A stretch of 64,000 nt of DNA from Phaeosaccion multiseriatum. Taxonomy: Eukaryota; Protista; Ochrophyta, other classes. The stretch is taken from positions 2,914,001 through 2,978,000 of the forward strand of contig OZ218952.1 in NCBI GenBank assembly GCA_965112735.1, read 5' to 3'. This document shows, piece after piece, positions 57,851 through 64,000 of the stretch (position 1 is its first letter; every line of letters starts with the position of its first letter). The notes under the pieces are model-generated. The model was not told the DNA's origin. It saw nothing but the letters and a program-made list of their open reading frames with translations, and did not search any database. The translations under genes were made by a program, and so were the position numbers.

Positions 57851-60486
57851 ATGAAGCTATTACGCTCAGCACCAGGGCTTCTGCTAAGCTGGGTGAGCTT
57901 GGAGCTGATCTCACTCCGGGGCAGCAGCCATGCCTTCTCTCATGTGGCTTTGTTTAGCAAATTACATGAGTCGCCGCAGCCTCGATCATCCCTGAAGCGA
58001 AAGAGAGGCACGGCCGTGAGGTCTTCAGACGCAGACGCGTCTGACAGTGCTGATAGAATAGGTGCTTTCAATGTGTGGTTAGGGGAGCAAGGGGTGCAGC
58101 GAGACGGACTGCAAGTCACGACGTTCAACGATGGTCTGAGGGGGGTCATCGCAACCAAGGACTTTGAGAAGGGAAGTGTTGTCTTGCGCGTGCCGCTCAA
58201 GGCTGTATTATCAGGTGAGCGGATTGGACGAGGGAAAAGGATTGAGTCAGGAAGCGGATGGAAAGAGAGAGAGAACCCGAGAGGACTCTACTGTTGATGG
58301 ACGAAGGTTGATGGAAGGTCTTGCTCCCCCCCCTTATGACTCTTTTACGTAGCCTGACAAGCATCTCCCACCCCCTCGCGCAGATGCTCCCGACCAATTC
58401 GCTGAGGCCATTGCTGTTCCACCGGCCAAGGCGAAGGAGAGCGCAAGAGACGTGCACTGGATTGGGCGCTTGTCCGCCGTCCTAGCTCACCACCGCAGCC
58501 TTGGCAAGGCCTCTCGCTTTCAGCCCTACGTAGACATGCTGCAGGACCCGCCTTCGCTGCCAGCGGAGTGGACGGAGGAGGACGTTGCTGCGCTGCAAAA
58601 TCCAGCTTTGGCAGGCCGAGTGCAACTTGTGCGGGACATGAAGGTATCGATCTGTCAGAGGAGGATGCGTCCGCTGGCGACACCCGTGAGGAAGGGATTG
58701 CACTGCTTGCATCTCTCTCTCTCGTTCTCCCTCGCCCCCCTTCTCCCTCTCTCTCTCAAATTGAGCCTGCCTTCCCTTAATGCGTGCTTTGGAACATTAA
58801 CAACAGAGCGATCTTTTTAGACAAGTGGAGCAGCTGCAGGAGTGGGAAGGAAGCAGGAGCGGCGGCGGGGGCTTCGGAGGTGGTCCCCAGCGGGGGAGCA
58901 TTACATTGGAACACTTTGAACACAGCTTCAAGAACGTCTTATCCCGGACCTATCTAGTAGACCCCATAGAACGGCGCTGCCTTGTGCCCCTGCTCGACAT
59001 GATGAACCACAACACCCTCGGGAACACACCCACGGACGTGCGCCTCACAGATGATGAGGTCTGTCTAACCACCAACTACCCCATCAAGAGGGGAGATCAA
59101 GTTTACCTCAACTATGGAGAAAAGGTACGGGGCAAGGGCCCAGCCAGCGCGCTGAGAGTCGAGTCGGTTTGGGTCTGTTTCTGCTGCTGCCGCTGGCAGG
59201 GTCTTGTGTCTTGCTAGTCTGGCTTGTCCAGCTTGTCTTGCTTGCTTCATCGCCGACCTCTCGCGTCTCTGGCGGGCTGCTCTGACGCCCGTGTCAGCAA
59301 CGACGAGGGGAGGGACACGCCTAAGGAGATCCTCCCGTCTCAAGAGAAGCGAATGTGTTCCCAAACTCCCTCCCTCCCTCCTCATTTCCCTGTCCCGCCT
59401 TGCACTCTTTCTTCTCTTGGCTCAGGACAATGACGACCTGCTTCTATACTACGGTTTTATTCCCGCCAACAATCCATCCGATAACGTGCGGCTCGTAGGG
59501 GGTTTCGGTCCACATGACCTTGAACACATTGAGTCTGATGAACAAATGCCCCCACAGAAGGTGAGAGGGGTGGCGGCGGGGAGGTGCATGTATTGCTTCC
59601 ATGGGCCGCTCTATGCCACATTACTAAAGTTGCCTCTGAGGGAGCAGACACACAAGGGCAGGACACGGTGCAATTGTCAATTGTCTGATTTCAAGAGCGT
59701 TAAAGAGTGGGTGTCTGTCTCTGCGTCAGGGGATACCGTGCATGCTTGTATCCGTGTGTACGTGTGTGTGCGCGTGTGTGTATGGGAGAGATTGGCTTCG
59801 CTTGGCTTGGCTTTTGGCGGCTTGCCCATGTACCTCTTGTGTCTCTGCTTACGGGCGGTGGGGAAGCTTTCTTCCAGTCCCACACCTACAAACCTGGGAA
59901 GGGGAATCGCTCACACATCACCGCCATCGTCTCGCACCCCTTCCCCGGTCGTGCTCGTGCCTGATCCTGTCTGTCTGCCACCCCCCCCCCCCCCGTTCAA
60001 TTCCTCTTTCCTCTCACCCCCCCAAAGATTGGGGCACTGGAGCGGCTCGTGCTCATGTGTCAGAATTCCTTTTTGGTGTTCGGCCACGCCATCCAAGCAG
60101 AGCTCGTCACCGCCCTGCGTATCTTCTACGCCACCCCTGCAGAGTGTCAGGACCGAACGGAGCAGCTGAGCTCTTGGAACGACTTCACAGACCCAGTGTC
60201 AGAGGCCAACGAAGGCCTTGTGCTAAAGTCGTTACAGAAACGGCTGAAAGAGCAAATGGAGGAAGGGTGGAGCACTACCCTGGAGCAGGATCGACAGGCC
60301 CTGGTGGAACTGTCCAAAGGGGCTCAGGTGACACGGGATAGTGGGAGCAGCGAGACGGATGACATTCGGAAGCTCGAAGCGTTACGCTTCTGCATAGCCA
60401 AGAAGGAGATTTTGGACAAGCAGCGCCTCGTCCTCTCCAAGGGAGAGATTACTGTCATGGAGGGCCTGGCTGGTAGCCTGGAATAA
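57851..60486 (+). CDS. Plastid-targeted SET-domain lysine methyltransferase (Rubisco LSMT/SETD3-like)
   Basis: Exons 57851-58214, 58384-58643, 58807-59124, 59426-59560, 60028-60486. SHA-FS targeting; GLRGVIATKD, SRFQPYVDML, LVPLLDMMNH, YLNYG.KDNDDLLLYYGF, STTLEQD, ALRF...KKEIL. Confidence 0.9.
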
Positions 60487-60494
60487 AACCCTGA

Positions 60495-60593
60495 TCGACC
60501 CCTGACGTCTTTTCTCGATAGCATACTATCGGGCCCTGAGGGCCCGATGGCAGATAGCACGCCGGCTCACGCTGGCGATAGCAGATAGCAACG
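60495..60593. mobile_element. Truncated TCGACCCCTGAC-TIR element, copy B (GATAG subfamily)
   Basis: Starts TCGACCCCTGACGT and aligns to the reverse complement of the copy A end, with every GGTAG/CTACC read as GATAG/CTATC. Confidence 0.75.
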
Positions 60594-61564
60594 CCCGCCT
60601 GAAATAGACCAAATGACCAAATTGGTACAAAAGTCGTTGCCAGTTGGGAAACTTGAAGGACCAACCCGTCTACATGAAGTCTTCTTCGGAGACATCCATT
60701 ATGAGTATCATTTCGTTCCTTTTGAGATGGAACAGCAAGGCGCATTTGGTCCGTCACGGACCAAATGCGCCTTGCTGTTCACGGACCAAATGCGCCTTGC
60801 TGTTCCATCCCAAATGAAACGAAATGGTACCTCGTGGGGTCATAATGGATGTCTCCACCCTGGCCTTCCATGCCTTTCGGTGGCACCCCATACTTGGTGC
60901 GCTTGGTTGCTTCAGCCTTCTTGGCTGCCGCGAGTGCCTCCTTCGATGCCTTGGCCCTATTGGTGATGTTGGTAGCATCAGTGAGCGTGATGTCAATCAG
61001 CAAAGACTTGTGGCCATCCCCATATTCGTGGTCGAATGGAAGCTCAAACATCCAGGGGGGAGTCGCAATGTCCATCTCCATTTGTTTGGCCACGTGGGCG
61101 TCACCCCTCACGCCGTTGCTCCCCCCTCTCCCCCGTCTCGCGGTGACTGTTCTTGCCCTCATGAAGAAGGGGAAGCTGGTGTTCTGCACTATCCCTCTGC
61201 CCAGGCCCTCACTCTTCTTCTGCGCGACGACAAGTGCCTTCTGCACAGCGTCATGTTGGGGTGTGCTGAGCCCCGTCTTCGTGCAGGTGATGATATGCCC
61301 CTCCGTCAGCGCCTTGCCGGGGCACTTATGGCAATCCTTGCTGTAGATGGGGTCGATACCGAGTCGTCTCCGAATGGCACCTCTGTGTTCCCCGTCCGTG
61401 AGGTGGAGTGCTCCCCCTGCCTTCTTGGTCGGCCGAAGAAGGAGCCACGCACCAGCCCCCTTCATGCTTTGGCTTAGGGCTCTGGCCAGGCCTTCTCCCG
61501 TTCGTCCTGCGCTGGGATCGCTTTCAGGCGTTCCAGAAAGTTTGTCTTCGCCTTCGACGTGAGG

Positions 61565-61644
61565 TCGACCCCTGACGCGCTATCGGGCCCCCCCGCCCCC
61601 GATAGCGCGCTATCGGCCACGGCGGATAGCGTGTCAGGGGGCGA
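61565..61644. mobile_element. Complete 80-bp TIR element, copy C (GATAG subfamily), with 6-bp TSD GTGAGG
   Basis: TCGACCCCTGAC ... GTCAGGGGGCGA flanked by GTGAGG at 61559-61564 and 61645-61650. Removing the element plus one TSD restores QKRLTKLLT-SKAKTNFLERL in the retrotransposon frame. Confidence 0.88.
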
Positions 61645-62065
61645 GTGAGGAGCTTGGTCAAGCGCTTCTGGGCGCCTCGCCTTTCCCCGTGTCGGCTCTG
61701 TGGGATAAAGGGTCCACCCCCGTCCAACATCTTCGTCTCCTCTGTCCGCCAGCGTGTCTGGCTCCCTCCATCATCGTCATCAACTCCCGGTTCCTCTTCA
61801 TGCTCACCCCCCCCCCCCCCCCTGGGTCTTCGTCACTCCGACCCCCTGGGTCTGCATCGCTATCTGCTTGTTGGCTCATCTGCGGTCCCCTGCTGCACAC
61901 TCTCTTGCCGTCGCACTCGTCTACCAGCTGCGTCGCTCCCATCCACCCCCACCCCAGGTTGTGCCACTTCGGCCCCAGAGTCGCCCTTTTCGTCTGAGTC
62001 TGCTCCATCCCCCTCGGACTGTGTCCCGCCCCCCGGCTCACCCGCAACCGGCTGGTCTCCTCCAG

Positions 62066-62398
62066 CGGAGGCCCTTCTCCTCCCCAAGGGAGGAAGCTGG
62101 CTGCGAGGTGCGCTCGGGCCCACATACTGTGACCTCCCTCCATGGGCAATCACAGCATCGATGTACAGCACGGCGCCCATCATCTCCCACATGAACGGCA
62201 GTGATGGAGAGAGTACATCGATGCTGTGATTGCCCATGGAGGGAGGTCACAGGCTCCATCTGTTGCCGTTCATGTGGGAGATGATGGGCGCCGCGCTGTA
62301 CATCGATGCTGTGACTGCCCATGGAGGGAGGTCACAGTATGTGGGCCGGAGCGCACCTTGCAGCCAGCTTCCTCCCTTGGGGAGGAGAAGGGCCTCCG
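62066..62398. repeat. Long inverted repeat (~140-bp arms) with an internal 40-bp duplicate
   Basis: 62066-62209 is the reverse complement of 62254-62398 with a few mismatches; the spacer repeats part of an arm. Confidence 0.92.
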
Positions 62399-62817
62399 GT
62401 CTGCTGACGTGGCCGTGGGTGAGCAACACAGCCCATCCTCTAGGGAGGGACTTGAGGAAGCGCTCCTGCTGGGTGAGAGCACCTTCGGCTGCGTCGGCCT
62501 TGGGCGTGCTGGGGAGTTGGTCATAGATACGAGCTGCAGCTTGTATTAGACGGAGATGGTAGCCCAAATGGCTGGGGGGCACGAACATCTGCACATGAGG
62601 GCTGTTGCGAGAGCTGTTTGCGTCATTCGGCGGCGATTGGCCGTGGCGCTCCAGGCGAACGTTACTTTTAGACAACCTGAAGACAATCATCCGAAGGGAG
62701 AAAAATACAAAAGGCACTTTACGGGTGTTATATAAACCTCTTCTCTTCTTCTCCGCTTCCCTCTTCTAGAGGGGCCCTTGCCCCTTTCCCTCTGAAGGGA
62801 GCTTTATTCAACCTGTC

Positions 62818-64000
62818 ATGTTTGGGGGCGGCAGGGAGAGCAAGAGCAAACATGCGGGCAAGGAGAAGGCCCGCTTGCTGGAGGAAGCGAAGCGACGGAG
62901 GGAAGAGAGAGAAGCAAAGAAGAGAAGCCACGCAACCCTGAAGCGAGCGCAGGCACTAATCAGGGGCAGGGTGACCAGAAAACGACTCGGAAAGCAGTGG
63001 AGAGAGGAGCTGGACAAAAAATTGCATGACACTAGCAAGGTCTTGGCCATGCTCCCGGCAGACTCCGGGGTGCTTCCGTTGTCTGCGCTACTTCCCTTCG
63101 TGAGGCTACTCACCTGCCTGCAGCCCAGTGAGGCGGATAGAAGTCGAGTGGTGACTATGTGTGGCTTTCTACTCCCTTCTCTGCTGCTGCTCCAAAGTGA
63201 ACCTGGAGCTGCCGAACAAAGGTCTACATCCTTCTTGCTCTTCAGGATGTGCAACTTATGCCTGAATGTTGCGACGCAGCTGACTCTCGAGAGTCACTTC
63301 CCAACACACAGCGGGGGTATTGATCAGCTGCTCCTGCTCGCCTCCATCCTTGGGAAGAAGAAAGGCGTTGCCCAACGACTGAGCGCGGCTCACCATCACC
63401 CTCGAGTGCTCGGCCTTGTGCAAGTCTGTCTTCGTGTTTGGCTGGGGAGGCACTGTATGGAGCCCAGCGGCGGAGTTGAGGAGGAGGAGGAGGAGGAGGA
63501 GGATGGGGGGGAGAGGGCGGTGGATGGAGATGACACGCCTCAGGCCCTCTCAGGCGTCCGGGCAGATATCGTATCTTTGCTGTTTTCCTTGGCGCTAGGT
63601 TCGGCAGGCTTGGAAGCACCACCATTGCTACCAGCACCACCACCACCACCACCACCACCTCCACCACAATCAGTGCCTCCCAGAGAGCCAGAAAAGGCAG
63701 CGCAATTGCTGTGTGACGCTATAGCCTCTGGGGAGTCTGGGCTGAGCTGCCTGGGCAAGGCTTCCCTCTCTCTCGCCCTTGGAGGGGCAAGATGCGGAGA
63801 GCTGTTGCGAGAACTACCCCCCGGGAGGATGAGTAGCAGCGGATGCTGGCAAGAGCTGGTCGTGCTGTTGATGCAGACATCCCCAAGAGGAGGAGGAGGA
63901 GGAGGAGGAGGAGGAGGAGGAGGAGGAGGAGGAGGAGGAGGGGGAGGGGGTGCAGCAACAGCAGGAGTGGGAGTAGGAGGGGGAGGAGGTACCGATTCGA
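62818..64000 (+). CDS. UBE3B/UBE3C (UPL6/7)-type HECT E3 ligase, N-terminal part (runs off window)
   Basis: Open frame absent from the ORF track: MFGGGRESKSKHAGKEKARLLEEAKRRREEREAKKRSHATLKRAQALIRGRVTRK (basic helix plus IQ-like motif), characteristic of this family's N-terminus. The HECT domain is not in the window. Confidence 0.65.
   Translation, partial: MFGGGRESKSKHAGKEKARLLEEAKRRREEREAKKRSHATLKRAQALIRGRVTRKRLGKQWREELDKKLHDTSKVLAMLPADSGVLPLSALLPFVRLLTCLQPSEADRSRVVTMCGFLLPSLLLLQSEPGAAEQRSTSFLLFRMCNLCLNVATQLTLESHFPTHSGGIDQLLLLASILGKKKGVAQRLSAAHHHPRVLGLVQVCLRVWLGRHCMEPSGGVEEEEEEEEDGGERAVDGDDTPQALSGVRADIVSLLFSLALGSAGLEAPPLLPAPPPPPPPPPPQSVPPREPEKAAQLLCDAIASGESGLSCLGKASLSLALGGARCGELLRELPPGRMSSSGCWQELVVLLMQTSPRGGGGGGGGGGGGGGGGGGGGGAATAGVGVGGGGGTDS

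Larger units (their letters stand above)
60688..62610 (-). mobile_element. Decayed non-LTR retrotransposon of the RLE class (CRE-like): post-RT region, zinc knuckle and restriction-like endonuclease
   Basis: Minus-strand motifs HLGYHLRL, QKRLTKLL, ARALSQSMKGAGAWL, AIRRRLG, CHKC...HIITC (CCHC), HDAV, MDI...LLIDIT, AEATKRTKY, FVSFGMEQQGAFG. Interrupted by a MITE, a 1-nt frameshift and inversions. Confidence 0.8.

Noticed and set aside
61561-61650. piggyBac-like reading of the MITE (CCC...GGG ends with a TCGA target duplication)
   Set aside because: A separate 6-bp duplication (GTGAGG) lies outside TCGA and its removal gives the more plausible host peptide, so TCGA is part of the TIR.
1-64000. 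tRNA, rRNA, snRNA, telomeric arrays, selenoprotein in-frame TGA, viral or prokaryotic defence genes
   Set aside because: No supporting motifs seen by eye; not excluded without tRNAscan/Infernal.

Overview
Eukaryotic, gene-dense (21 genes in 64 kb), intron-rich nuclear DNA. It is most likely from a flagellated photosynthetic ochrophyte (stramenopile): several proteins carry bipartite signal+transit peptides with an A/G-F cleavage site, and Sfi1-like and LC8 genes are present. Most listed ORFs are artefacts of microsatellite-filled introns. By tracing GT(GC)-AG junctions with phase checks I reconstructed, in order: an Sfi1-like centrin-binding protein (3' part), a plastid CS-domain protein, an EF-hand protein, a lysine methyltransferase, an atypical Rab, a coiled-coil protein, a PA-RING E3 ligase, a PH protein, an inactive M16 (QCR2/MPP-alpha-like) subunit, a GPI-type kelch protein, dynein LC8, an intronless MAP3K, a DUF4442 thioesterase, MTHFR (14 exons, one GC-AG intron), an SDR, CSP41a, LSm4, a hypothetical protein, an ankyrin protein, a SET protein and the start of a UBE3B/C-type ligase. 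The most interesting signals are non-coding. (1) A small TIR element family (TCGACCCCTGAC ends, 6-bp TSD) occurs four times, in two subfamilies whose internal motifs differ concertedly (GGTAG vs GATAG). (2) A CRE-type retrotransposon relic carries two fold-back palindromes of the same design. (3) All 8 minus-strand genes sit head-to-head with a partner 147-318 bp away, often with a GAAACTG/AAAAGTA motif between them. (4) Microsatellites are anchored at splice sites with purine/pyrimidine polarity. (5) A structured, T10-terminated candidate ncRNA lies near 9.6-9.96 kb. All gene models are hand-made and unverified by transcripts or database searches.
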